The position numbers were made by a program, and so were the translations under genes. From assembly GCA_001627865.1 (NCBI GenBank), contig LUQO01000013.1, positions 44,714-108,713 on the forward strand: a DNA stretch of 64,000 nucleotides, given 5' to 3'. The notes below the pieces were generated by a model. It saw only the letters and a list, made by a program, of their open reading frames with translations. It had not been told where the DNA came from and did no database searches. The stretch is from SAR324 cluster bacterium REDSEA-S27_B3 (GTDB taxonomy: Bacteria > SAR324 > NAC60-12). Shown one piece after another: positions 27,709 through 37,288 of the stretch (the stretch's first letter is position 1; each line of letters opens with the position of its first letter).

Positions 27709-28995
27709 ATGTCTGAACACAAATACGAAAAGTTTACGGAGAAGGAAGAGGCAGTTGTAGAGGGGATTGATATTTCCGGAATCTGGAACAGGATGTATGA
27801 GCCTCGGGAGCTTACGGAATATGATCTGACTTACATGGATAAGGTCACAGAAACTCCGGGCGCCGAATCGATGGGATGGTGCTATCAATGCGCCCAGTGT
27901 GTGGGTGTCTGCCCGGTGGATCATGTAGGCAGTTATGGCCCGCGTAAGCTTTTCCGTAAGCTTCAGACTGGGACTAACCTATTCGAAAGCGATGATCTCT
28001 GGCTATGCACAACCTGCATGAACTGCCTACGTGTTTGTCCGAAGGAAGTTGACATGATGAAGATCATGCCTGCTGTCCGGGAACAGGTTGTGCTCGAAGG
28101 AACCCTTCCGGGTGAACTCCAGGAAATGCTCCAGAACGTGTCCGAGTACGGAAACCCGATGGGCGAATCACCACGCAAGCGAGTGCGCTGGACAAAGGAC
28201 CTTGAGCAACCACCGAGAGATCTGTCGAAGGAAGACGGTTCAGAGTCGGTGGAGGTGCTTTGGTATGTCAGTGATTACTACGCCTACCACGGCCGTGGTC
28301 AGGACGCTGCGCGTGCTTTGACCCGGGTATTTAATCGTCTGGAAGTGGATTTCGGTATACTGGGTACTCTGGAAAAATGCGATGGTGATTCCCAGCGTCT
28401 TGTTGGTGAAACTGGACTGTTTGAGGAATTGGCCCAGCACAACGATGAACAATTTCAAAAATACAAACACGGCACCCTCGTTGTCACTGATCCGCACGCG
28501 TTTAACGCCTTCAAAAATCATTATCCGAAAGTGACAGGCAACGAATACCGGGTCGTGCATTACACACAGTACCTGAGCAATAGGCTGAAGGAACTTAAAC
28601 CACTGCTGGTTAAGCCTTACGAGAAAAAACTGACGTTTCATGATCCTTGCTACCTTGGCCGTCACAATGGTGAATATCAGGCACCGCGCGATCTGGTTGT
28701 CGCGATTCCCGGTGCGGAATTTATGGAGATGTACCGCTGCCGGGAACAGAGCTACTGCTGCGGAGGCGGAGGAGGGGGGATGTGGCTTGACGGGGTATCA
28801 GCAGATCACACTCGTGAACGCCTGTCGGAAAACCGTGTCCGTGAAGCCGTAGAAATCGGAGCTGAGGTACTAGTTGTTTGCTGTCCTTATGAGGTGTCCC
28901 GCTTCGAGGATGCAGTAAAATCAACAGACAATGAGGGAAAACTTGAAGTTCGTGACATTGCTGAAATCCTGGATTACTGTATGGATGGGGTTTAG
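27709..28995 (+). CDS. Fused HdrC/HdrB (HdrD-like) iron-sulfur CCG-domain protein (sHdrB3-type of type II sHdr clusters)
   Basis: N-terminal 2x[4Fe-4S] motifs (CYQCAQCVGVCP, CTTCMNCLRVCP) followed by CCG domains (CYLGRHNG..., CCGGGGGGMWL). Confidence 0.7.
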   Translation: MSEHKYEKFTEKEEAVVEGIDISGIWNRMYEPRELTEYDLTYMDKVTETPGAESMGWCYQCAQCVGVCPVDHVGSYGPRKLFRKLQTGTNLFESDDLWLCTTCMNCLRVCPKEVDMMKIMPAVREQVVLEGTLPGELQEMLQNVSEYGNPMGESPRKRVRWTKDLEQPPRDLSKEDGSESVEVLWYVSDYYAYHGRGQDAARALTRVFNRLEVDFGILGTLEKCDGDSQRLVGETGLFEELAQHNDEQFQKYKHGTLVVTDPHAFNAFKNHYPKVTGNEYRVVHYTQYLSNRLKELKPLLVKPYEKKLTFHDPCYLGRHNGEYQAPRDLVVAIPGAEFMEMYRCREQSYCCGGGGGGMWLDGVSADHTRERLSENRVREAVEIGAEVLVVCCPYEVSRFEDAVKSTDNEGKLEVRDIAEILDYCMDGV

Positions 28996-29001
28996 GACAA
29001 A

Positions 29002-29679
29002 GTGCACAGACTGATAAAGTTTGTAGAAAACCCCCTTCTGAACAAACATCTGGAGCGTCAGGCTACTAGTCTGGAAATGGGATTTCTGGATCCATCATCG
29101 GAAGACTTTGAGGAAGCCCCTCAAATAATTGTCGCTGAACTGGAACACTCTCAAGCAATAAACAGGATCATTGACTGGAAGCGTCGCTGGCCGGAATGTT
29201 ATGTGGCCTTATCCGTCAGTGAGCTGGATAGAGAACGATGGATTGCAGCAGAAAGTGCTGGTGCGGATCTGGTAGCCAACCGTGGAGCTTTGCCACGGCT
29301 ATTGCGTGACAAGATGAAACTGCTTCAGCAGGGAGATTCACTGACGAAACAAAAGCTGAGGTTAAAGGCCAAGGCTGTTGTCAATTCTGGTGACGGTTTG
29401 GTAGGACGGCTTCCTGATTCACCGGAAGATCCGATTGCGGTGTTTCGTATGGGAAACCAACTCTGTGCCGTCCGGGATGTTTGTCCGCATGCAGGGTTTT
29501 CTCTTGCGGACGGAGTGTTTGATCCGGTTTCAGGTAGCATTACCTGTCCAGAGCACGGCAGCCGCTTCCAGGTATGTACCGGAGAAAGACTGCGGGGACC
29601 GGCGGATTATCCCTTGAGGATCTATCCGGCATTAAGTGAGCAGGAAGAGATCTGGGTGGAAATTGAACAGGAAGCATGA
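29002..29679 (+). CDS. Two-domain protein with C-terminal Rieske [2Fe-2S] domain
   Basis: Rieske boxes CPHAG...(17 aa)...CPEHGSRF in the last ~100 aa. The ~120-aa N-terminal domain has no recognisable family. Co-directional and 6 nt after the shdrB3 stop. Confidence 0.6.
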   Translation: MHRLIKFVENPLLNKHLERQATSLEMGFLDPSSEDFEEAPQIIVAELEHSQAINRIIDWKRRWPECYVALSVSELDRERWIAAESAGADLVANRGALPRLLRDKMKLLQQGDSLTKQKLRLKAKAVVNSGDGLVGRLPDSPEDPIAVFRMGNQLCAVRDVCPHAGFSLADGVFDPVSGSITCPEHGSRFQVCTGERLRGPADYPLRIYPALSEQEEIWVEIEQEA

Positions 29680-29956
29680 TGAAACTTCCTGAAACAAAAA
29701 ACATGGTGCATGAAATGGGAACAATCCAGCTCAGTATTCAAATGATCCTTGAAGACTGCGGGATGGGGATTCCATTGAACTGGACTTGGCAGGCGTGCAA
29801 AATAGTGAACACAGTTCGTTCATCAAAGCAGTTTGCATCCCTGAGTCGAGCCGAACTTAAAGGCCTGGGGCAGCTCTTCAGGAAACGTATTGTTGCAGAT
29901 AGTTTTCGAAGGAGAAGAGAAACATTTTTATGCAAATGGAACTTGATAAGGTACAT

Positions 29957-30700
29957 ATGAAAGTTGCAGTTCTACTGAAACAGGTGCCTGACCTGGCTGA
30001 GGAACTTGAGGTCGATGAAAGTGGCAAGGCTTTGGATACGGAATACATCAAATTTCGGCTGAACGAGTATGACGAGCATGCTCTTGAAGAGGCAGTATGT
30101 CTCAAGGAGGCCGGTCAGGCTACGGAGATTGTTGCTTTTGCGCTTGATGGTGAAGAGGTGGACAAAGCGCTGTTTTCCGCCATGGCAAAAGGTGCAGACA
30201 AAGCGGTCAAGCTTACCGGACCAGAAGTTGAAGGGAGCAGACAGGCAGCAGCTCTTTTTGCAGAAACCTTGGGTATGGATTATGACCTGATCATGACCGG
30301 AGTGCAGTCGGTGGACGATCGTGATGGTATGATGGGGCCCATGCTTTCCTCGATGCTCAAGGTTCCATGCGTCAGTGTTGTCACCCGAGTCGAGGGCAAG
30401 GAATCCAGCGTGACTGTCCATAAGGAATATTTCGGAGGTTTGATGGCTGCCTTTGATGTACAACTTCCGGCAGTACTCGGGATCCAGGCTGCAAGACAAA
30501 CTCCGCGTTATGCACCTGTGAGCAAGGTTCGTCAGATTCAGCAATCTGCCATCATTGAGGAAAAATCTGCCAGCGGGGTTTCGGGCTCGGCCACAAGCAA
30601 GGTGACTACCATGGCACCACCGACCAAAACCGGAGGGGCAAAGATACTAGGTTCAGTTGATGAGCTGATGGAATTACTGAAGAAAAAAGGGGTCGCATGA
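29957..30700 (+). CDS. etfB: Electron transfer flavoprotein beta subunit
   Basis: MKVAVLLKQVPD N-terminus typical of EtfB. Start set at internal ATG 29957 with AAGG RBS. Confidence 0.8.
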   Translation: MKVAVLLKQVPDLAEELEVDESGKALDTEYIKFRLNEYDEHALEEAVCLKEAGQATEIVAFALDGEEVDKALFSAMAKGADKAVKLTGPEVEGSRQAAALFAETLGMDYDLIMTGVQSVDDRDGMMGPMLSSMLKVPCVSVVTRVEGKESSVTVHKEYFGGLMAAFDVQLPAVLGIQAARQTPRYAPVSKVRQIQQSAIIEEKSASGVSGSATSKVTTMAPPTKTGGAKILGSVDELMELLKKKGVA

Positions 30701-30734
30701 AAAAAATCAAATTCATACACAAAAAGGGTTAAAC

Positions 30735-31670
30735 ATGGGAAACGTACTGGTAATTACAGAACATATGAAAGGTGAGTTTCAGGACATTAGTTTTGAGATG
30801 TTGGGACAGGCTCGCAAACTGTCCACCGGAGGTAGTTGCAGTGCACTCGTGTATGGATCGATGAAGGATCGCTCATCAGAACTTGGCGCTGCTGACCGTG
30901 TACTTTGTGTTGGAGGAAGTGATGATTTTAATCCTGAAACTTATGCCAGTGCCGCACTTCAAATAATACAATCCGAATTCCCTGATCTTGTTTTGGTGGG
31001 ATCGACTTCTATGGGGATAGATCTCGCTCCAGTATTGGGAGTCTCGCTTGACCTTCCTATAATTTCCTATTGTTCCTGCATTGAAATTTCAGGTGACAAC
31101 TTCGAATTCACGAGCCAGCTTTATTCAGGCAAGATGGATGTCAAGTCGACTGCGCCGAAAGCAGTGGCAATGGTGCTGGCAGGATCCTTTTCTGCTGAGG
31201 ATGGAAAATCAGGTGGTTCTGCAAGTGTTGAGAATGTGACAGCAGACTTTGGAGTCGGAAGAGTGCAGTTCAAGGAACTGATCGAACCCGAAGCTGCCGA
31301 AGTGGACATTACCCAGAGCGACATCTTAGTTGCGGTTGGTCGTGGAATCGGTGGCAAAGACGACATCGAAGTGGCACAGGAACTGGCTAAAAACCTTAAC
31401 GCAGATCTGGCCTGTTCAAGACCTGTTGTTGATGCGGGATGGTTGCCCAAATCCTGTCAGGTCGGTAAGTCTGGACTTAAGGTAAACCCTAAAGTATACA
31501 TTGCCCTCGGAATCTCAGGTGCTCCGGAACACCTTGAAGGGATGAAGGATGTCTCAACCATCATTGCAATCAACACTGATAAGAATGCTCCGATTTTTGA
31601 TGTTGCTCATTACGGAATGACGGGAGACCTCTTTGACATCTGTGAAGAACTGGAGGATTCTCTTTCCTAG
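30735..31670 (+). CDS. etfA: Electron transfer flavoprotein alpha subunit
   Basis: EtfA FAD-binding C-terminal motifs (VGRGIG, SRPVVDAGW, IALGISGAPEHLEGM). Confidence 0.8.
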   Translation: MGNVLVITEHMKGEFQDISFEMLGQARKLSTGGSCSALVYGSMKDRSSELGAADRVLCVGGSDDFNPETYASAALQIIQSEFPDLVLVGSTSMGIDLAPVLGVSLDLPIISYCSCIEISGDNFEFTSQLYSGKMDVKSTAPKAVAMVLAGSFSAEDGKSGGSASVENVTADFGVGRVQFKELIEPEAAEVDITQSDILVAVGRGIGGKDDIEVAQELAKNLNADLACSRPVVDAGWLPKSCQVGKSGLKVNPKVYIALGISGAPEHLEGMKDVSTIIAINTDKNAPIFDVAHYGMTGDLFDICEELEDSLS

Positions 31671-31714
31671 TACAAAATCATGTGAATTTCCTGAATCCTT
31701 GACTCAAAGGAAGC

Positions 31715-33742
31715 ATGCTCAGTTCAACTGAACAAATTGCCTTCGTTCTTCTGGTGCTGGTCTGTGGGGGGGTGGCGTTCCAGGGTTTTAGGAGAATCTT
31801 TGTTATTGTTTCTCAGGGAAAGCCTTCTTACCGGACCGATGAGTTTCTATCGAGGCTGATCAAGGCCCTCATCGAGGTTGGTCTGCAGAAACCGCTCTTC
31901 AAGTCCCGACCGATTGTCAGTCTTTTCCACGCCTTCATCTTTTTTGGATTCAGTTTCTACTTGCTGGTCAATTTCAATGACCTGCTGGAGGCCTACGTCT
32001 CGGGGTGGACTACCATCGATAGCTCCCATCCTGTGGCGTTGGGATTTAATCTTTTTTCCGATCTGTTCAGTATCCTGGTTTTGATAGGAATAATTTATTT
32101 CCTCATTCGTCGTTTCATAGGCAAGCCCAGGGTTTTTGAATTCAATAGAAACGTCAAACTACAGACTAAAGTAGTGGGAGGAGGGATTCGTAGGGATTCT
32201 CTGATCGTTGGGATCTTCATCATCCTCCATGTTGGATCACGTTGGTTGGGGACTGCTTTTCATTTGGCGGAGCGGGAAACTACAGAATGGTCTTTACCCA
32301 CGGCAAGCTTGGTGGCACCGTTATTTTTTGGCTGGAGCGGTTTGGAAACAGGAATCCATGTCACCTGGTGGCTTGCAATGGGCTTGATTGTCTTTTTCCT
32401 TCCTTATTTTCCAAGAAGCAAACACATTCACATTTTCCTGGCTCCTCTGAATCTTGCTTTTACCAATCGTGAGGCCAAAGGCAAACTTCTTGACCCAGTG
32501 GATGGGTCCAATCCTGGTGCGGCAACCCTGGATGAACTTCCCTGGAAACAAGTCTTTGATTCCTATGCCTGCATCATGTGCACACGCTGCCATGAGGTCT
32601 GCCCTGCGCATCAGTCTGGGACGCCATTGAGTCCTTCCGCACTGGAAATCAATAAACGTTATTTTATCAACCAGCATGTTTCCGGATTGGCAAAAGGAAG
32701 TACCAAACTGGATTTGCTGAAGGATGCAATTTCAGAAGACGCGGTCTGGTCCTGCACCACCTGTATGGCCTGTGTGGAAGTCTGTCCGGTTGGCAATGAA
32801 CCGATGCAGGACATTCTCCAGATCCGCCGGAAACTGGTATTCGATGCACGGATGCCGGATGAACTTTCGGACGCCCTTCGCAGCCTTGATGAACAGGGTA
32901 ATTCTTTTGGAGAGTCCTCACGAAAACGTACACGCTGGACCAGGGAACTGAACTTCGAGATAAAAGATGCTTCCAAGGAATCGGTGGAATACCTCTGGTT
33001 TGTTGGCGATTTTGCATCCTTCAACCAGAATTGTGTGGAAAATACAAGAAGGGTGGCAGAGGTTCTCAATGAGGCTGGTGTTGATTTCGGAATCCTCATG
33101 AAAGAAGAGAAATCGGCTGGAAACGATGCCCGTAGGGTTGGAGAGGAAGGTCTGTTTGATGCGCTCGCGGAAGAGAACATCAAGACCCTCGAGAATTGTG
33201 ATTTCCAGCATATCCTGACTACTGATCCTCATACCTATAATACTCTGTTAAACGAGTATCCTTCAAAGGGTGGAGTTTATTCGGTGAAGCATTATTCAAC
33301 GCTGCTGCTGGAACTGATTCTATCGGGGAGGATCAAAATCATCAAACCTCTCAAAATCAAAGGCACCTATCATGACCCCTGTTACCTTGGACGATACAAT
33401 GGAATATTCGATGCCCCGCGTGAAGTGATGCAGCATTGTGGAGTTGAACTCCTTGAGATGCCCCGAAACCGAATCAATTCCTTCTGTTGTGGTGCAGGCG
33501 GAGGACAGGTCTGGTTAAAGGAACATGAGGAAATGAAGCAACGTCCCAGTGAAAATCGGATTGAGGAGGCCCTTCTACTCAATGTCGAATATTTCACTGT
33601 AGCATGTCCCAAAGATATGACTATGTATTCTGATGCCGTCAAGACCTCTGGTAACGAAGAGAAGATGGTAGTACGTGATTTGATTGACTATGTCTTTGAA
33701 GCAATGGATCTGCCGGAAGACTCAAGAAAATCAATCGAGTAA
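31715..33742 (+). CDS. Membrane-anchored HdrD/DsrK-like FeS oxidoreductase (Etf:quinone oxidoreductase EMO-like; N-terminal HdrE/NarI-like TM domain)
   Basis: 5-6 N-terminal TM helices with conserved His, then 2x[4Fe-4S] (CIMCTRCHEVCP, CTTCMACVEVCP) and CCG domains (CYLGRYNG, CCGAGGGQVWL). Confidence 0.7.
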   Translation: MLSSTEQIAFVLLVLVCGGVAFQGFRRIFVIVSQGKPSYRTDEFLSRLIKALIEVGLQKPLFKSRPIVSLFHAFIFFGFSFYLLVNFNDLLEAYVSGWTTIDSSHPVALGFNLFSDLFSILVLIGIIYFLIRRFIGKPRVFEFNRNVKLQTKVVGGGIRRDSLIVGIFIILHVGSRWLGTAFHLAERETTEWSLPTASLVAPLFFGWSGLETGIHVTWWLAMGLIVFFLPYFPRSKHIHIFLAPLNLAFTNREAKGKLLDPVDGSNPGAATLDELPWKQVFDSYACIMCTRCHEVCPAHQSGTPLSPSALEINKRYFINQHVSGLAKGSTKLDLLKDAISEDAVWSCTTCMACVEVCPVGNEPMQDILQIRRKLVFDARMPDELSDALRSLDEQGNSFGESSRKRTRWTRELNFEIKDASKESVEYLWFVGDFASFNQNCVENTRRVAEVLNEAGVDFGILMKEEKSAGNDARRVGEEGLFDALAEENIKTLENCDFQHILTTDPHTYNTLLNEYPSKGGVYSVKHYSTLLLELILSGRIKIIKPLKIKGTYHDPCYLGRYNGIFDAPREVMQHCGVELLEMPRNRINSFCCGAGGGQVWLKEHEEMKQRPSENRIEEALLLNVEYFTVACPKDMTMYSDAVKTSGNEEKMVVRDLIDYVFEAMDLPEDSRKSIE

Positions 33743-33880
33743 AAAAGGATTAAGACTTTTCTATAAATTGGCTTGATAAAATCAGCTACTCTGATAAAAA
33801 TATCACTATCTTTAAATGTTTTTGTTTCTAACAATTGAGCTAAATAAAGTACTTGAGTGAACTAAAGTAAAGAAAAGGTA

Positions 33881-35086
33881 ATGTTATTAGATACAACTGC
33901 AGAGGAGCCTTACAGCATAAAAGCGGCTTTCTGCAACGGCTATGAAAGGCTGTTCGATCGGCAATGGCCTATCTGGATTGGAGGGTTACTACTGGGAATG
34001 GGGAATGTGCTCCTGTTTGCCTTTGATAGACCCTGGACCGTCTCAAACGGTGTGAGAAACTGGGGTGACTGGTTTTTCAACCAAATCGGTGTAATTCAGA
34101 TGAATGTCCTTCCTCCAACTCTTTTTACCAGTTCAGTACTGTGTTTCGGAATGATCATCGGATCACTGGTGGCAGCATTGCTTGGCAGGCAGTTCCGGGT
34201 TCGTATGGCGCCAGCCAGGGAATTGTTCAAGGGGCTGCTCGGCGGAGTACTGATGGGAATCGGGGCTTCCCTCGCTTTCGGCTGCAATATAGGAGGTTTT
34301 TTTAGTGCAATCAGCGCACTGTCAATGGCAGGCGTGGTCATGATGGTCGGATTGATGGTAGGAGCATTTGTCGGGTTGAAACTGCTCATCTGGGAGATAG
34401 AGTATCTCCCAGCAACTTCCTGGGGGGTGCGACAAGTACCGAACAGGGATGACATGTCGGGTGTACCGAGTAGAGCCCAGCCAATTTCAGGGTTATTGGT
34501 TTTGCTGCTGTGTATCATTGTGATCTTCACTTACGATTCCTTTGATTATTCCGTAAGCGGCGGATTTATGCTCTTTGGACTGCTTGTAGGCATCGTCATG
34601 CAGCGTACACGCTTCTGCTTTGTAAGGGCTTTCAGAGACCCTTTCATGACGGGTGATGCGGAAGCTACTAAAGCAGTTGCACTTGCGGTCATCATCAGCG
34701 TAACCGGGTTCACAATCCTGAAATGGACGGATTTGAGGTCCTGGGATGTTTCTGTATTACCAGGTTTTTGGATTGGCAGTCTGATGGGTGGTATCATCTT
34801 CGGGATTGGAATGTCCCTTAGTGGTGGTTGTGCATCGGGTACTATCTGGCGGGCTGGAGAGGGACAGGTTAAACTCTGGGTCACACTTGTCACGTTTGCA
34901 CTGAGTACGTCCTACTTCAGGGACTGGCTAGTTGCTAGTGGATTGAGGGCTAAACTTGGAACTGAGCTTTTTTTGCCTGATGTTATTGGTTGGAAGATGG
35001 CACTAATCATCATTATTGCCATAATGTTATTTTGGTACTTGATGGCAGTTTGGAATGAAGTCAGCAAAAAATTGGTGGTGGTATAA
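33881..35086 (+). CDS. YeeE/YedE-family membrane protein (putative thiosulfate/sulfur-compound transporter)
   Basis: Two-repeat polytopic protein with conserved GCNIGG and GGCASG cysteine motifs typical of YeeE/YedE (TsuA-like). Confidence 0.7.
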   Translation: MLLDTTAEEPYSIKAAFCNGYERLFDRQWPIWIGGLLLGMGNVLLFAFDRPWTVSNGVRNWGDWFFNQIGVIQMNVLPPTLFTSSVLCFGMIIGSLVAALLGRQFRVRMAPARELFKGLLGGVLMGIGASLAFGCNIGGFFSAISALSMAGVVMMVGLMVGAFVGLKLLIWEIEYLPATSWGVRQVPNRDDMSGVPSRAQPISGLLVLLLCIIVIFTYDSFDYSVSGGFMLFGLLVGIVMQRTRFCFVRAFRDPFMTGDAEATKAVALAVIISVTGFTILKWTDLRSWDVSVLPGFWIGSLMGGIIFGIGMSLSGGCASGTIWRAGEGQVKLWVTLVTFALSTSYFRDWLVASGLRAKLGTELFLPDVIGWKMALIIIIAIMLFWYLMAVWNEVSKKLVVV

Positions 35087-35320
35087 AATTTTGGAATGAG
35101 GCTAGGAGACAAAACAATTTCCCAAGAAGGGCTCAACCGAATTGGGTAAAGGAAGGAGTCGAAAGCGAACCGTTAATTAAAACACAAAAGGAGGTAGTCA
35201 TGAAAAAATAGATTATTTATTGTATGTTATATAATTGGCGGAATTGTCCGCTGAGTCTCCTCCCTGGTTTTGAAGTGGGAAGAGTAAGAATCATTAATTG
35301 ACATTTATAAGGAGAAAGTT

Positions 35321-36625
35321 ATGAAAAATAATTCAATTCTATTGGTAGCATTTGCGTTCTTAGCTGGAATAATTTCAGGATGTGTAACTACTGGCGGAGC
35401 AAAATTTGGAGCACCATCAAAAGGCATGAGTCCTGCGGAATATGAGTCTTTGGTTAGGCTGGACCCACAGAATACAATGAAGGCAAATTTTTCTGTAGTT
35501 AAAGGAATGGATGGATATTTCCTTATTGATAACCAAGGTGAAAGTACTATTTCGGTTGTAGACTATAATAAAGGGGAGACAATCAAAAAAATTAAGTTAA
35601 GTGACCCTCCTGGCACCTCTTTTAAACCCGCAGGGAATCATCACATTTTTGTAATTCCTGGCGGAAGATATGCTTGGTCTTCGCAGCGATATGAAAAAGA
35701 TGTAATGTGGACTATAGATTTAACAACCCATGAGGTAGTTGATACTTTCAGATTAAGTATGGGAGGTAAAACAATAAAAGCACCCTTGCATATTGGATTT
35801 GCATACAAATCCCCTTTGGCGGTAACAGGTAATATCTTAGATAAAAAAAATGGATATCTTACTTTTTTGAGAACCGACACTCGCCGTCCTTCCCACATAG
35901 TTGATCTGAGTTGTTCAGGAGCTAGGGACGCAATGTTCACATTCGATGACTCAAAAGTTTTTACTACTTGCCAGCAGGAACCAAAGGGGGCTTCGATTGT
36001 TGACGTAAGTGGAAGAAAAGAAATCAAATTTATTCCTATAAAGGGAGGGAGAGCTGGAGGAATGACTCCCGACGGGAAATATTTTCTAGTTGGAGCCTCA
36101 AAGGCAGTTGTCCTAATTGATACTGCTACAAATGAAATTCACAAAACCATCAAAGTTCCTGGTGGTGGAGGTAATTTCACTTGTCTTCCAGATGGATCAA
36201 AGTGCTATGCAGGTTTAAGGAAAGACAATTCAGTCGGAGTAATTGATATGGCGAGTCTTGAACTGATTAAAGTCATAAAAACCGGTAAAAACGGTAACCG
36301 ACTCTACTTAAATCCTGCAAATCCCAGATACGGAATTTTTACTAATGAATCTGGTAAATCGGAAACTGTATCTGTAATTGATACCCAGAATGATGTTAAG
36401 ATCATTGATATAGAGACAGGTCTGAAACCTCATAATGTTGCTTTTAATCCAGAAGGAACACGAGCAATTATTTCAACTCCAAAGGAAGAAGTAGCAACTC
36501 TTGTTGATACATCATCATCAGATCCTACTAAGTGGGAAATAATTACCACAGACATTGATTCGGGTATAGAAAATAACGGCGTGCGCTGGGTACCTAGTCC
36601 AAGTGCTATAATAGCTGCAATGTAA
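35321..36625 (+). CDS. Lipoprotein with YVTN-type beta-propeller repeats
   Basis: Lipobox LAGIISGC. Repeated ~40-aa units with D/N-x-S-V-I-D motifs. Low GC relative to upstream operon. Confidence 0.5.
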   Translation: MKNNSILLVAFAFLAGIISGCVTTGGAKFGAPSKGMSPAEYESLVRLDPQNTMKANFSVVKGMDGYFLIDNQGESTISVVDYNKGETIKKIKLSDPPGTSFKPAGNHHIFVIPGGRYAWSSQRYEKDVMWTIDLTTHEVVDTFRLSMGGKTIKAPLHIGFAYKSPLAVTGNILDKKNGYLTFLRTDTRRPSHIVDLSCSGARDAMFTFDDSKVFTTCQQEPKGASIVDVSGRKEIKFIPIKGGRAGGMTPDGKYFLVGASKAVVLIDTATNEIHKTIKVPGGGGNFTCLPDGSKCYAGLRKDNSVGVIDMASLELIKVIKTGKNGNRLYLNPANPRYGIFTNESGKSETVSVIDTQNDVKIIDIETGLKPHNVAFNPEGTRAIISTPKEEVATLVDTSSSDPTKWEIITTDIDSGIENNGVRWVPSPSAIIAAM

Positions 36626-36819
36626 GGATTTGAATCTAAAGATGATCAAATAATGCAAATTGCTGCATCAGAGTAGAATAATATAGCTGGTGGTCGAAAT
36701 TTTATAAATAGATTTTTCGGCCACCAATTTTAATGTGTCTTTCTGCTCTAGATAAATTATTTGTTTATTAGCAAATAAAATATTTGCTCTAATTTTAATT
36801 CACAGTCTAGGAGAATTGA

Positions 36820-37287
36820 ATGAAAAATATAGAAAATTTTTCAAGAAGGAAATTTCTTAACTATACGATGGTTGGAGGGCTGACAATTCCTCTCCTATCA
36901 GTAATTCCTTCATCAAATGACGCACATGGCGCAGTTTTTCAAACCCCAAAAGATTTAGAAAATTTGACGGAATTAGAAAGAATCCATTTGCCTAAAATAT
37001 CATTGCCACCAGTTGTTGAAGATGGTGCTAGTGCATCAATAGTTTGTAGTGTTGACCATCCAATGGATGAAGACCACTACATAAAAAGTATTCAAATTAT
37101 GAATTTTGCAGATCCTATTGTTATAAAAGGAAAATTTTTCCTTACCCCTGTTAACGGAGAAGCATATTTAAGTACTCAAATTCGTCTATCTGGAGGTGAA
37201 GGAACAGTTTGGGTAATAGCAGAGTGCAACAAGCACGGTAAATGGGCAGCAAGTAAAAAAGTGACTGTAGCAGCTGGAGGGTGTTAA
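36820..37287 (+). CDS. soxY: SoxY-like sulfur-carrier protein
   Basis: Tat signal SRRKFLNYTMVGG, SoxY-like core, C-terminal swinging-arm Cys (KKVTVAAGGC-stop; canonical GGCGG truncated to GGC). Confidence 0.65.
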   Translation: MKNIENFSRRKFLNYTMVGGLTIPLLSVIPSSNDAHGAVFQTPKDLENLTELERIHLPKISLPPVVEDGASASIVCSVDHPMDEDHYIKSIQIMNFADPIVIKGKFFLTPVNGEAYLSTQIRLSGGEGTVWVIAECNKHGKWAASKKVTVAAGGC

Positions 37288-37288
37288 A

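Noticed and set aside
29676-29960. 94-aa ORF between the Rieske gene and etfB
   Set aside because: No recognisable domain and weak start context; it overlaps the likely etfB start region. More probably untranslated leader or promoter DNA for etfB.
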